Assembly (NCBI GenBank): GCA_963665115.1
Contig: OY762007.1
Location: 32,001-96,000 of the forward strand
Reading direction: 5' to 3'
DNA: 64,000 nt
Source: an uncultured Rivularia sp.
GTDB lineage: Bacteria; Cyanobacteriota; Cyanobacteriia; Cyanobacteriales; Nostocaceae
Shown: positions 1-10,583 of the stretch, piece by piece
Layout of the letters: each line of letters starts with the position of its first letter
How positions within the stretch are numbered: position 1 is the first letter of the stretch
The notes under the pieces: generated by a model
Told to the model about the DNA's origin: nothing
Seen by the model: only the letters and a program-made list of their open reading frames with translations
The model's database searches: none
Position numbers and translations under genes: made by a program

Positions 1-88
1 AGTAGTGGTACTTCAGCACATCCTAATTACAGCAGTTGTAAAATTGAGATGAAATTCCTATAAGATGCGCTAAAGCGCTACTACAAAC

Positions 89-655
89 CTAAATGCTTGC
101 TGTTTTCTGACGACGATAAAGTTCGATTGTATTTTTCCCAATTCTTACGTCGTAGTTACCAAAAAAATCATGTCCTAAAAGTCCGGTTTGGGCTTTGGGG
201 GCTATTGCGACTCGAACGTTATTTACCTTTGCACCACCAGCACCAATTGATTTTACTTGCCCCGTTTTTAATTTTATTATCGAACCATCGGCGATGCTGG
301 CTTGAAGAGTTCCCGAAGGCTTGAGTTTTAAAGCATTTGCCATCGATTGAGTAATCAAAGTACCGCTGGCACCAGTATCAAATATCATCTCAAAAGTTTT
401 TTGATCGTTGAACGTTACATCTATGATGGGAGTATTCCCGTTGCGACGTTTGATAGGAATTCGATAAACCCCTGTATCCACAGGTTTAACAGGTGTGATA
501 CCGCAAAGCCTTCCTAGATCGAGGGTTCTACCATCTTCTGTAGTCATGAAACAGGCTCCCGGGTCTTGAGCCTGGGTGGTATTACTTGAAAGTAAAATTA
601 ATAATGTGGATATAACTGTAACTTTAGTAGTCCACCGACTGAAAACACCTTTCAT
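89..655 (-). CDS. Secreted retropepsin-like aspartyl protease
   Basis: N-terminal signal peptide; MIFDTGASGT catalytic motif; C-terminal GLLGHDFF. Confidence 0.85.
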   Translation of the reverse strand: MKGVFSRWTTKVTVISTLLILLSSNTTQAQDPGACFMTTEDGRTLDLGRLCGITPVKPVDTGVYRIPIKRRNGNTPIIDVTFNDQKTFEMIFDTGASGTLITQSMANALKLKPSGTLQASIADGSIIKLKTGQVKSIGAGGAKVNNVRVAIAPKAQTGLLGHDFFGNYDVRIGKNTIELYRRQKTASI

Positions 656-1001
656 ATACTATTTTCCTAAATTTGCCGAACCTGCTTCTTATTAGGGTAC
701 CCAGCTGGAGAGGAAAATTTAGCCCGTTTATATAAAGGTATGGTGAATAGTTAACAGCGAATAGTCAATAGTTGGCAGCGAACAATATTTGTAATCTAGT
801 TTGTAATTGCGATCGCGGTACTAAAGCAAGATTTACCTGAGATGAAAACAGGTAGTAGATAAAAATCCCCCATTGGTAACTGGTAACTCGCAACCGATCG
901 CTGTAAAAATGTGTTTAGTCTTTCTTCACTTGCTTAATATTGATCGAAGGTGGTGTTAAATCATTGATGAAGTAAAGAACGCTAAAATATATATTAAAAT
1001 T

Positions 1002-1841
1002 ATGAGTAATCAGCAAACTAAATCTATACGTGGTTGGTCTTTAGAAGAAAGAGATCCAAAATTTATTGAATCATTTATGCCGATTTGGGAGTGGTTTTAC
1101 CGCAACTATTTTCGGGTTAGAACCGATGGTTGGGAAAATATTCCGACTGAAGAGCAGGTAATGGTAGTTGGTTCTCATAATGGGGGAATGGCAACTCCCG
1201 ATATGATTATGATGATGTACGATTGGTTCCGTAGATATGGAACCGAACGTTTAGCGTATGGTTTGATGCATCCTTATGCTTGGGAAGTTAGTCCCGCTCT
1301 CGGTAATATAGCTCAAAAAACAGGTGCGATCGTCGCCCATCCAAAACCAGCGAATGCAGCTTTAAAAAAAGGTGCCAGCGTTTTGGTATATCCAGGGGGA
1401 CAATATGATATGTTTCGCACCTACAACCAGCGTTACAACATTAATTTCGCCGGGAATAAAGCATTTATCAAGTTAGCCTTAAGACACGAAGTACCGATAA
1501 TTCCGGCAATTTCAGTAGGGGCACACGAAACTTTAATTGTTTTAGGTGATTTTTACGAATTAATGAAACAGTTGAACGATAGGGGTTTACCGTGGCTATA
1601 TGAATTAGATCCTGGAGTATTTCCCATATATTTAGGTTTACCTTGGGGTTTAGCAATCGGACCTTTACCAAATATACCGTTTCCCGTACAAATTCATACC
1701 CGCATTTGCAAACCAATTGTTTTTGAAAAATATGGTAGAGAAGCATCGAAAAATCGCGATTATGTAGATGCTTGTTATGAAAAAGTTTGCACAGAAATGC
1801 AGCAACAATTAGACAATTTGGCAAGGGAAGTGAATAAATAA
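1002..1841 (+). CDS. Lysophospholipid/glycerol acyltransferase (PlsC-like)
   Basis: GSHNGGMATPD (HxxxxxxD) and LVYPGG acyltransferase blocks. Confidence 0.85.
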   Translation: MSNQQTKSIRGWSLEERDPKFIESFMPIWEWFYRNYFRVRTDGWENIPTEEQVMVVGSHNGGMATPDMIMMMYDWFRRYGTERLAYGLMHPYAWEVSPALGNIAQKTGAIVAHPKPANAALKKGASVLVYPGGQYDMFRTYNQRYNINFAGNKAFIKLALRHEVPIIPAISVGAHETLIVLGDFYELMKQLNDRGLPWLYELDPGVFPIYLGLPWGLAIGPLPNIPFPVQIHTRICKPIVFEKYGREASKNRDYVDACYEKVCTEMQQQLDNLAREVNK

Positions 1842-1916
1842 TGGGAATTGGGAATTGGTAATTGATAATTGGTAATTGGTAATTGGTAATTGGTAATTGA
1901 TAATTGGTAATTGAAT

Positions 1917-2423
1917 ATGGAAGTTATTTTAAACGACATTACTAAATTAAAAGTCGATGCAATTGTTAATGCTGCTAATACAAGTTTGCTTGGTGGTGGT
2001 GGAGTTGATGGAGCAATTCACAGAGCAGCAGGAAAAGAACTTGTAATGGAATGTCGTTCTTTGGGAGGATGTAAAGTTGGTGATGCGAAGTTAACGAAAG
2101 GATATAATTTACTTGCAGATTTTATTATTCATACAGTCGGGCCAGTTTGGCAAGGTGGTAATAATGGAGAGCCAGAACTTTTAGCTAATTGTTACCGTAA
2201 ATCAATACAAATTGCTGTAGATAACAAGTTTGAATCTTTGGCTTTTCCTTGTATTAGCACTGGTGTTTATGGTTATCCCAAGGATAAAGCTGCTGAGATT
2301 GCTGTGAAAACTTGTTCGCAAGAATTAGGGAAGAATAAATTTATTTTGAAAGTTATTTTTTGCTGCTTTGGTAAGGATAATTATGAGATTTATCAGAGGG
2401 TTTTGGGTAAAAAACCTTACTAG
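1917..2423 (+). CDS. Macrodomain O-acetyl-ADP-ribose deacetylase (YmdB-like)
   Basis: DAIVNAANTSLLGGGGVDGAIHRAAG, IIHTVGPVW, FPCISTGVYGYP; ATG at 1917. Confidence 0.92.
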   Translation: MEVILNDITKLKVDAIVNAANTSLLGGGGVDGAIHRAAGKELVMECRSLGGCKVGDAKLTKGYNLLADFIIHTVGPVWQGGNNGEPELLANCYRKSIQIAVDNKFESLAFPCISTGVYGYPKDKAAEIAVKTCSQELGKNKFILKVIFCCFGKDNYEIYQRVLGKKPY

Positions 2424-2605
2424 ATGCACAGAGCGCAGAGGAAAGTAAGGAGAGATAGTCAGCTTAATTACCTACAAATCGCCCTCACTCTGGAAGAGTG
2501 GGGCTACAATTACAAAGCCCACCCTACGGTGGGCTAATGAATTTTAACCCACTCACCATCCGGGTTTTGCTTGTGTAGCTGCGGTTTCAACCGCCACATT
2601 TATAT

Positions 2606-3001
2606 ATGAAAATTAGATATTCCGATTCAACTAATGAACTTGAAATAGAGCCATGTAGGGATGATCTATTAAACTTATCCAAGAAATTATTAGAAGATGA
2701 TGCTGAAATTATCGCAGTGATAGAAGAAGATTCCAAGGCTGCACCTTATTCGAGATTTTTATTTGGAATTAAGGTAAAAGTATTACCGGGAGAGCTTGTA
2801 AAGTTCCAAGTGACTCCAGATTGTAGACTTATTATAAAAGGAGATTTAAGTAAATTATCTATGCTATCTGAAGTATTGTTCTCACTAATTGAAGACTGGA
2901 ATATAGGCGAACATCCGACTGACAAACATATCCATATTGACCACTTTTCCGCAGACTACTTATCTCCAAATTCAATGCCATTGGTAGTTATGTACGCATA
3001 A
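2606..3001 (+). CDS. Hypothetical protein, possibly Imm32-like immunity protein
   Basis: 131-aa acidic ORF ending HIHIDH..YLSPNSMPLVV, resembling Imm32-type C-termini; recalled, not searched. Confidence 0.4.
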   Translation: MKIRYSDSTNELEIEPCRDDLLNLSKKLLEDDAEIIAVIEEDSKAAPYSRFLFGIKVKVLPGELVKFQVTPDCRLIIKGDLSKLSMLSEVLFSLIEDWNIGEHPTDKHIHIDHFSADYLSPNSMPLVVMYA

Positions 3002-3011
3002 AATTTTCAGT

Positions 3012-3043
3012 GAGAAAATCCAGCATTCTCACCGGATTTTCTC
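3012..3043. terminator. Hairpin between convergent genes (bidirectional terminator candidate)
   Basis: GAGAAAATCC...GGATTTTCTC 10-bp inverted repeat. Confidence 0.55.
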
Positions 3044-3062
3044 GATACAAGAAGATACCAAA

Positions 3063-4467
3063 TTAAGCCTCAATTACCACTCTTCCCACAGGTTGAGCAA
3101 TACAAGTTAAAATTTGCCCTTCTTCGCATTCTGGTTCTTCGTCATAACGAACTTCTCCCTCTAGAAGACGTAATTTACACTTATGACAAGCCCCCATCTT
3201 ACACATAGAAGGTAATTCAATTCCTTCTTTTTCCGCAGTTTCTAAAATAGTATCTTCGCTATCGTAAACTAACTCTATGCCAGATTTTGCCATAACTAAG
3301 GTTTGAGAAACAGTAGTTTTTTGCAATTGAAGTTGATTCTCTTTCTTTTTCTTTGGTTTACCAAAACTTTCTGCGTAATAATTTTCCATAGGGAATTTTA
3401 ATTCCTGGAGTATTTCTTTCACCTGTTGAGTAAAAGCTTCTGAACCGCAAACATATACGGTTCGCTCGACAAAATCAGGGGCTATTTCACTCAACATTGT
3501 TTTACTAAATCTACCGACTCTACCCCCAGGGCTTAAGTTGGAATCTTCACGAGTCAGAGTTGTTGCAAGTTGGAAATTAGCATACCTTGATGTCATCAAT
3601 TCCAATTCTTGGCGAAACACAATATCGTCAGCAGTACGGGCGCTATGGAAAAAGACTATATCTGAGCCAGCGTTTGTATCCAACAACCACCGCGACATCG
3701 ACATCATTGGTGTAATTCCGCTACCCGCAGAGATAAATAATATTTTTGAAGATGGACGTTCAATACAGCTAAAGTCACCTAACGGACTACCAATTTTGAC
3801 TTGACTGCCAGCTTGTAAATTGTCGTGCAACCAATTAGAGACTAAACCCGGAGGTGCTTCGGGTACGTTATTTGGCGGAGTAGCCCGCTTAACAGTTATA
3901 TCTATACTATGAGGGCGAGATGGAGTTGAAGAGATAGAATAAGCACGCTTAATAGTTTTGCCGTTAATTTCTAAATTGAGCGTTACAAATTGCCCCGGTT
4001 GGTAAGTAAATTCAACAGATGGTTCGGCAACAAAAGTAAAGGTTTTAACATCAGGTGTCTCATCAATTACTCGCACGCAACGACCGATTAATTCAGGCGA
4101 TCGCCATGCTTTGACTTGAGATTTTGACTGAATTTTCGATTGATGCTCCTCAAGCTGCATTTCTTCAATTAGCAACAAAAAATCGCCAATGTGAATCACA
4201 TCATCTGGTTTGAGGAGATAGCTTTGAGTAACTTCAATTTCTTGATTATTAATTCGCGAACCATCGCTGCTAGCTAAATCGATAAAGTAATAGTGTCGTT
4301 CGTAAAAATAAATCATCCCGTGGGACGCGACTAACTTCCGGAGTATTGAGAACTAAATCACAATTAGGATGCCTACCAATCACACATTTGTTAAGAGTTT
4401 CTATCTCTGGTGCAAGTATTTTCTCTTGGCAGGAGCTTGTTTGATAATTGATTGCTTTGATTTTCAT
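3063..4467 (-). CDS. FHA domain + FAD/NAD(P)H oxidoreductase + 2Fe-2S ferredoxin fusion (frameshift at ~4322-4324)
   Basis: FHA motifs IGRHPNCDL..VSR(VHG)..DLASSDGS; RAYSISS, ISAGSGITP, VYVCG; CKMGACHKC..C. Removing one C from GTCCCAC joins ORFs 4270-4467 and 3063-4316. Confidence 0.85.
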
Positions 4468-4502
4468 AATTAAATAGAATTTAAAACAACAAAGGTAGAT
4501 GA

Positions 4503-6182
4503 TTAATGCTTTTTAGGTCTAATTTGTGTTTGTGCTGAACCTGAATCTGGCGATTTTGGAAGATTTTTCAGCTTTGTATGTAATGTTTGATTTTGTGTTG
4601 ATGTTTGATGCTGCTGAGGATAAATAAGTTCCGGGCTTTCGCTACTAATAGTAGATAAAATTTCGTAGTGTTCTTCATCTGGTAATCCCAATTTTTGACG
4701 TATTGGCATTAGATATTCAAAACTTTTTTCGGGGCACGTGCATTTTTCCGCTAAAGCTTCTTCTAGCATCCATTTATATACATAATGTCTACCTCGTTCG
4801 GAAAATTGAGGTAATACTTCAGCTAAAACAAACAATTCATCTGCTTTCAATGTATCTAACGAACGTCCGTTTAGAAATTGCTCGATATCAAGAGGCAACT
4901 TTTGTAGTTGACGGCGAAAACTATGAGTTAAACTTTCCCTTTGATATTGTTCCGCACTGCGTTTCCAATTACGAACCAACCAGACAGTGCTAACCAAAAC
5001 TATCAGCCCATTAAATAATAGCTGTAAGAACATTGGTAAGCGCAGAATTTCCGGTCTTCCTCCATAAACAAAGAAAGCATTAAAAGCTAAAAAAGTAATA
5101 ATTGAAAATACCCGATGTACTACTTGTTGAGAACTAATATCCGGATATTTACGTTTTAAATAACCTCTATAAATCTTTTCTAGTTTGTGACAAATTTGAT
5201 AGGATATTAAAATGCTAAATCCTAGAGTTAACGGAACAGCAGCAATTTTAGGAATTGCAATCGCTTGATTATTAATATAAAAACCTGGTTTCCAAAGAAC
5301 AGATAATGAATTATCGTAAGCCCAAACACCAGAAAAGTAATAATCGAAATTACCAGAATACAATCTGTAATAAAGGAAGTAACCAATCGCTAATCCAAGA
5401 TAACCGTACTGAAGAAATTTTCGTCCCGGCTTTTGCAAATCGCTCCAATAAGACTTTTCCGAATCAATATCCATACAAGACGACTTACAGCCAATACAAG
5501 CACTTTTATCTTGTCCAGTTGTCTTATCTACAGTTCTACACATCGACTGAGTAATACTTTTTGGTGGTGCTTTATGGGCACTACTTCCTAATAAACCACG
5601 AGGTCCTGTAAATACAGTTTGTACGCCACCAAAAGGACAGACATAATGACACCAACTCCGACCTCCATACAGGAATACTACTGTAATTGCAGACAAGATA
5701 GTAGTAATAAACAATAAACCCAGCACCCATCTTGTGGAATTAACGAATAAAATGCGACCGCTCAAACCTAGAAATAGCAGAAAAAACTGTAAATAAAAAT
5801 GGTTTTTAACTAGCCATTGATTATTTTCAATATTTAATCGTGGTTTTAAGCCTAAAGCACGGGGAATTTGTGAAAGAAAGTAGAGAGGACAAATACGTCG
5901 CCAAGTCTCATGACCAAATACGAACACAATAAATATAAGCGAAGGAAGTACCATTCCCCAAAAAATTCTGGTACCAATCGGATAAGCTTTTTCAAAAATA
6001 CATCGATCGCCTTGAACGGGGATACATTCGTGACTATCGCGCAGCGGAGATAGGAGATTTTTAGGGTCAGTAAGAACGTGAGTTATGGGGTCGTAAAACA
6101 AAGAAATAATTAAGATTAACCAACCAATTGCAAGTATCCATCTTACAGCGTGCATCTTGCTTTCTGATACTTTGCTTAACAT
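4503..6182 (-). CDS. Multi-pass membrane 4Fe-4S protein (Fer4_5 / NapH-MauN-like)
   Basis: WRRICPL, WCHYVCPFG and CIGCKSSCMDID motifs; many hydrophobic helices. Confidence 0.75.
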   Translation of the reverse strand: MLSKVSESKMHAVRWILAIGWLILIISLFYDPITHVLTDPKNLLSPLRDSHECIPVQGDRCIFEKAYPIGTRIFWGMVLPSLIFIVFVFGHETWRRICPLYFLSQIPRALGLKPRLNIENNQWLVKNHFYLQFFLLFLGLSGRILFVNSTRWVLGLLFITTILSAITVVFLYGGRSWCHYVCPFGGVQTVFTGPRGLLGSSAHKAPPKSITQSMCRTVDKTTGQDKSACIGCKSSCMDIDSEKSYWSDLQKPGRKFLQYGYLGLAIGYFLYYRLYSGNFDYYFSGVWAYDNSLSVLWKPGFYINNQAIAIPKIAAVPLTLGFSILISYQICHKLEKIYRGYLKRKYPDISSQQVVHRVFSIITFLAFNAFFVYGGRPEILRLPMFLQLLFNGLIVLVSTVWLVRNWKRSAEQYQRESLTHSFRRQLQKLPLDIEQFLNGRSLDTLKADELFVLAEVLPQFSERGRHYVYKWMLEEALAEKCTCPEKSFEYLMPIRQKLGLPDEEHYEILSTISSESPELIYPQQHQTSTQNQTLHTKLKNLPKSPDSGSAQTQIRPKKH

Positions 6183-6310
6183 TGTTCACACTCCTGAAAA
6201 TTATGGCGATCGCTTTTTTATTAGTTCGTAGTTGGGCTTTAGCCCCTCTAAATTCTGTAATATGATGCGCTAAAGCGCTACTACGAACCAATCAGAATTA
6301 TTCAAAAAGA

Positions 6311-7927
6311 CTACTTAATTGTTTCTATTCCTGCGGAAGAAATTTTGATTTTAGTACCATCAAATTTTGCCAGGGTGAAATAACTGTCTTCGTTATAGGT
6401 AATTGCTTGTTCTTGAAGAATACCAATTGCCACTTTTTCGCCTAACTTGACAGATTCTGTATAGTCAGAAAGCCAGTGAACCCCAGCACCATTACGAGCA
6501 ATCCCAATATTAGAAGCAAGTTTATTTAACTCACCACCAACTGTCATCATTCCTGCATCGGTACCGCTATAGCGAATTAACTCAGTACCATCATCATTAG
6601 CAACTACAGGATTGGGAATTACCCAAGACTCATCAAACCAAGCTTTGAGGATCGTTACACAAGCACCTGCAACTGTTGCGTGTCCGGAACCGTAAGAAGG
6701 ATGGGTGGGAGAACCTTCAGGGTATGCCATTGGTAGCAGATAGTTTCCGTACTGGCTGAAAACCTTTTCCAAAACAGAGGAATTAAAGAGTTCCGAATTA
6801 ATTGGGTATTTAGCACATCCGGTGAGATGGTTGTGAATCCTTCCCCCAAATGTTTCGGGACGCAAGCGACGGTGTACAAACCACTTCTGGAACCACATTG
6901 CTTTGAGAGCGCGGGTTGCAACCTCTGTCACTAAGCTAAGAATGTGAGGACTGCCAAAAGTCCCAAAACCTGATTGAGTCTTGGTTTTATTGTACAAATT
7001 ACCCTCATCTACAGGAGCCTTCAGATCCAAAAGCATCAAACAAGCATTCAGATAAGCTTGGTACAAAGCATCAACGTGTACATACTGACCTAAATCTCTG
7101 AGATTACGAACATAGCGGGGTGTGGTATCGAACATATCTGAACCCGTTAACCCACCATTTTGGACGTGCAACCAAGAATCATAATCAGTCATGTGATTGA
7201 CTCCGGGTGCGACTGTTTTCTGTTTTTGAGCAATAGTCAGGGAACCAAAAGAAATATCCTTGAGCATGAATTGGGAAACATAAGGACCTATTTTATCTCC
7301 GCAAAGAACTCCCCGAAACAGGCTTTGTGGTGTAACTTCCTCAACAAAACCGTCTTTAGTTTGACGCTTAACTTTGGCTCCTCGAAAGTCGCTCAACTTA
7401 GATAAATCTGCTGCTGCTTCTGCAACCTGGGGGCTGTAACTATATAGATTAAAACTGATATCCCGTAAAAGTGCCATCCAGTAGAGTTCTGTCATCTCTG
7501 CGGAGTTTTCAGCAGAATCAATGCGGGGTGCAGGACGTATTGTCACAGAATGACTATCAGGTCCCTCCAAGTCAAAAGCTAATCCTGCTTGAGGGTTGGT
7601 AAGTTTGCGAGAACCACCCAGAGGAATTGCTTCAAAGTCTGCGGATTTACCACTCTTCAAAGCTGTTAGGAATGTCTTGTAAGCTTTAGGATCTACTTCA
7701 CCTAAATAGTTATGTACTAAGCCTTTAGAGAAATTAGCAATAAAATTAGGATTGCCATTTTGATCTCGGTAGTCTTGTTGTTCGCCATTGCATATATGTG
7801 CGGTGACACCTCGATTAAAAGCTATTTTCGCTGCTTTTTGACGGATTTCAAAAGAGGATTCCCGACGTTCAAAACTGCTTTGAGGAGCAAATTCTTGACA
7901 TTCTTTAGATAAATCTTGTTTGTTCAT
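6311..7927 (-). CDS. Vanadium-dependent haloperoxidase (bromoperoxidase-like)
   Basis: Vanadate-binding motifs KWFVHRRLRPE, HPSYGSGHATVAGAC, RNGAGVHWLSD; likely ATG at 7927 (ORF open to 7993). Confidence 0.92.
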   Translation of the reverse strand: MNKQDLSKECQEFAPQSSFERRESSFEIRQKAAKIAFNRGVTAHICNGEQQDYRDQNGNPNFIANFSKGLVHNYLGEVDPKAYKTFLTALKSGKSADFEAIPLGGSRKLTNPQAGLAFDLEGPDSHSVTIRPAPRIDSAENSAEMTELYWMALLRDISFNLYSYSPQVAEAAADLSKLSDFRGAKVKRQTKDGFVEEVTPQSLFRGVLCGDKIGPYVSQFMLKDISFGSLTIAQKQKTVAPGVNHMTDYDSWLHVQNGGLTGSDMFDTTPRYVRNLRDLGQYVHVDALYQAYLNACLMLLDLKAPVDEGNLYNKTKTQSGFGTFGSPHILSLVTEVATRALKAMWFQKWFVHRRLRPETFGGRIHNHLTGCAKYPINSELFNSSVLEKVFSQYGNYLLPMAYPEGSPTHPSYGSGHATVAGACVTILKAWFDESWVIPNPVVANDDGTELIRYSGTDAGMMTVGGELNKLASNIGIARNGAGVHWLSDYTESVKLGEKVAIGILQEQAITYNEDSYFTLAKFDGTKIKISSAGIETIK

Positions 7928-8253
7928 GAAAAATCCTTGATAATTTAAATTTGTTTTGTGTACTAACTGATGAATCAAGTAGAAGTTGTACAATTACGAA
8001 ACATTTTTGGTACCCATGAGGGTAATATTTTTAATTTCATGCTGAAATACGAATAGGTGAATGTATATCAACTATTTTGTTCTAGATGCAATTGGAAGAT
8101 AAAACTGTAAGTTAGTCATTCAATCCAAAATCTAAAATCCTATTGACTTTTCTTGGTTATGTAGTATATTTGTAACATAAGAATTTTTGACAATTCTTGA
8201 CCTTTCCAAAACTTGAGAAAGGTATACAACATTATTAAAATTGGAAAAATATC

Positions 8254-10273
8254 ATGGTTCCCCGAACGCGCATCCGAAATATCGGTATATCTGCTCACAT
8301 CGACTCTGGAAAGACGACATTGAGCGAGCGCATTCTCTTCTACACGGGCAGAATTCATGCAATTGAGGAAGTACGGGGAGGTGGTAAAGGTGCCACTATG
8401 GACTCCACGGATTTGGAGAGAGAACACGGTATCACTATCACTTCAGCCGCTACTACCTGTCAATGGCAAGATAATAGGATTAATTTAATTGATACACCGG
8501 GACACATCGATTTTACGATTGAAGTCGAACGGGCTTTACGAGTACTTGATGGTGCTGTAATGGTACTCTGTGCTGTTGCTGGGGTGCAATCTCAGTCTAT
8601 TACTGTCGATCGCCAGATGAAGCGTTATGGCATACCTCGGATAGCGTTTATCAATAAGATGGATCGAACTGGTGCGAATCCGTTTCGAGTTGTGGAAGCA
8701 ATGCATGATGCTTTGAAATTAAATGCATTGTTGCTTGAATATCCCATCGGTGCTGAAAGTCAGTTTGAAGGAGTTATCGATTTAATTGAGATGGAAGCTC
8801 ATTTCTACGAAGGTGAAAATGGCGAAATTTGGGTTAAACGAGAAATTCCCGATGATTTAAAGCAGCAAGCGGAAATTGCGCGGGAGAAAATGCTCGATAC
8901 TTTATCTTTGGAGTCTGAAGAGATGACAGAGAAATTAGTAGAGGGTGAGGAAGTTTCTCAAGAGTTGATTTGTCAGACTATCCGTCAAGCAACTTTGAAT
9001 TTGGAACTCGTACCCGTACTATTGGGTTCAGCTTTTAAAAATAAAGGCGTACAAAATCTATTAGATGCTGTTTCTTTGTATCTACCGTCTCCTGTAGATA
9101 AGGATTTCGTTAACGCAACAGATTTTAAAACAGGTGAATCTGTAGATATTGCTTTAAATTCTGATGCTCCTTTGGTTGCTTTGGCATTTAAATTAACGAT
9201 GGAGACTTTCGGACAGTTAACTTATATCCGCGTTTATTCGGGTACTCTCAACCAAGGCGACACCATTTATAATTCTCGTACTGGAGAAAAGGTGCAAGTT
9301 GGTAGATTATTAAGAATGCACGCCGATAAGCGAGAGGAAATAAATCTTGCTGTGGCTGGGGATATTGTGGCGCTTTTGGGTGTTGAATGTGCTTCTGGTG
9401 ATACATTCTGTTCGTCAGAGATACGAGTATCTTTAGAAGATATATTTGTACCCGAGCCTGTAATTACCTTGGCGATTGAACCGAAGAAAAACCAGGATTT
9501 AGATAAGATTTCCAAAGCTCTTAACCGTTTCCGAAAGGAAGATCCCACTTTTCACGTAAACGTCAATTCGGAGTCAAATCAAACATTGATTTCCGGCATG
9601 GGTGAACTGCATTTAGAAATCTACGTCGAACGCATGAAGCGGGAATACAACGTAGAGGTTGAAGTTGGTAAACCTAAAGTATCTTATCGGGAAGCCATTT
9701 CTCAACGCGCAACCTTTGATTATCGACTCAAAAAACAATCGGGTGGCCCCCGGTCAATATGCTCATGTCGTAGGGTATATTGAACCATGCGAAGATCCGT
9801 TTGTATTTGAAAATAAAGTCTTTGGTGGTGCGATTCCCAAGGAATATATTGCGGGAGTAGAGAAAGGTTTTCGAGAAGCAATGAATTTAGGAATGTTGGA
9901 AGGATATCCGGTAACTGGAGTAAGAATTGTTCTAGAAAACGGTTCCTATCATCCGATTGATTCTTCAGAATTCGCTTTTAGGATGGCCGCTCAACAAGGT
10001 TTTGCACAAGCTTTTCTGAAAGCCAAACCTCATTTACTCGAACCAATTATGCAAGTTGAAGTGGAAACACCCGACGAATATTTAGGAAGAGTTCAAGGAG
10101 ATTTGTCATCAAGACGGGGTTTGCTGTTAGGTTCTCAAACCATGCAAGGATATTCCATCATTCGTGCTGAAGTACCTTTAGCTAAAATGTTTGGGTATTC
10201 AGGCAACTTGCGTTCCTTAACTTCGGGTATGGCTACATTTTCCATGCAGTTTGGTTGTTACCGGAAAGCGTAG
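8254..10273 (+). CDS. fusA: Elongation factor G paralog (frameshift at C-run 9747-9751)
   Basis: [38 protein letters not shown](PGQYAHV), [14 protein letters not shown]; not in an rpsL-rpsG-tuf context. Confidence 0.92.
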
Positions 10274-10279
10274 TTAATT

Positions 10280-10306
10280 TAGAGACGTTGCTGTGCAACG
10301 TCTCTA
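10280..10306. terminator. REP-like hairpin / terminator after fusA
   Basis: TAGAGACGTTGC-TGT-GCAACGTCTCTA perfect stem. Confidence 0.6.
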
Positions 10307-10583
10307 CACGCATATTTATGAAACTTGAAAAACTTTGGAAATATTTTTCAAATCTCTTCATGATTACAGAGCTTGATTTGTGTCGCGAATAAATCTTTTA
10401 CCCATTACCAATTCCTTCAATTAGATAATTATACTCATGAATATTCCGAAACATTACCGTAAGATTTTACGCAATCAGCAGTAACCGAATTGTAGTTATT
10501 AAAAATGCGCGATTGAATAATCCGTAATTTATTTATTAATTTATTTACTCTAAAAATTCCAGTTACTTACCCTAATTTCATTT

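Noticed and set aside
9659..9783. Programmed frameshift in fusA
   Set aside because: No recognised slippery heptamer; the same +1 pattern appears in many unrelated genes.
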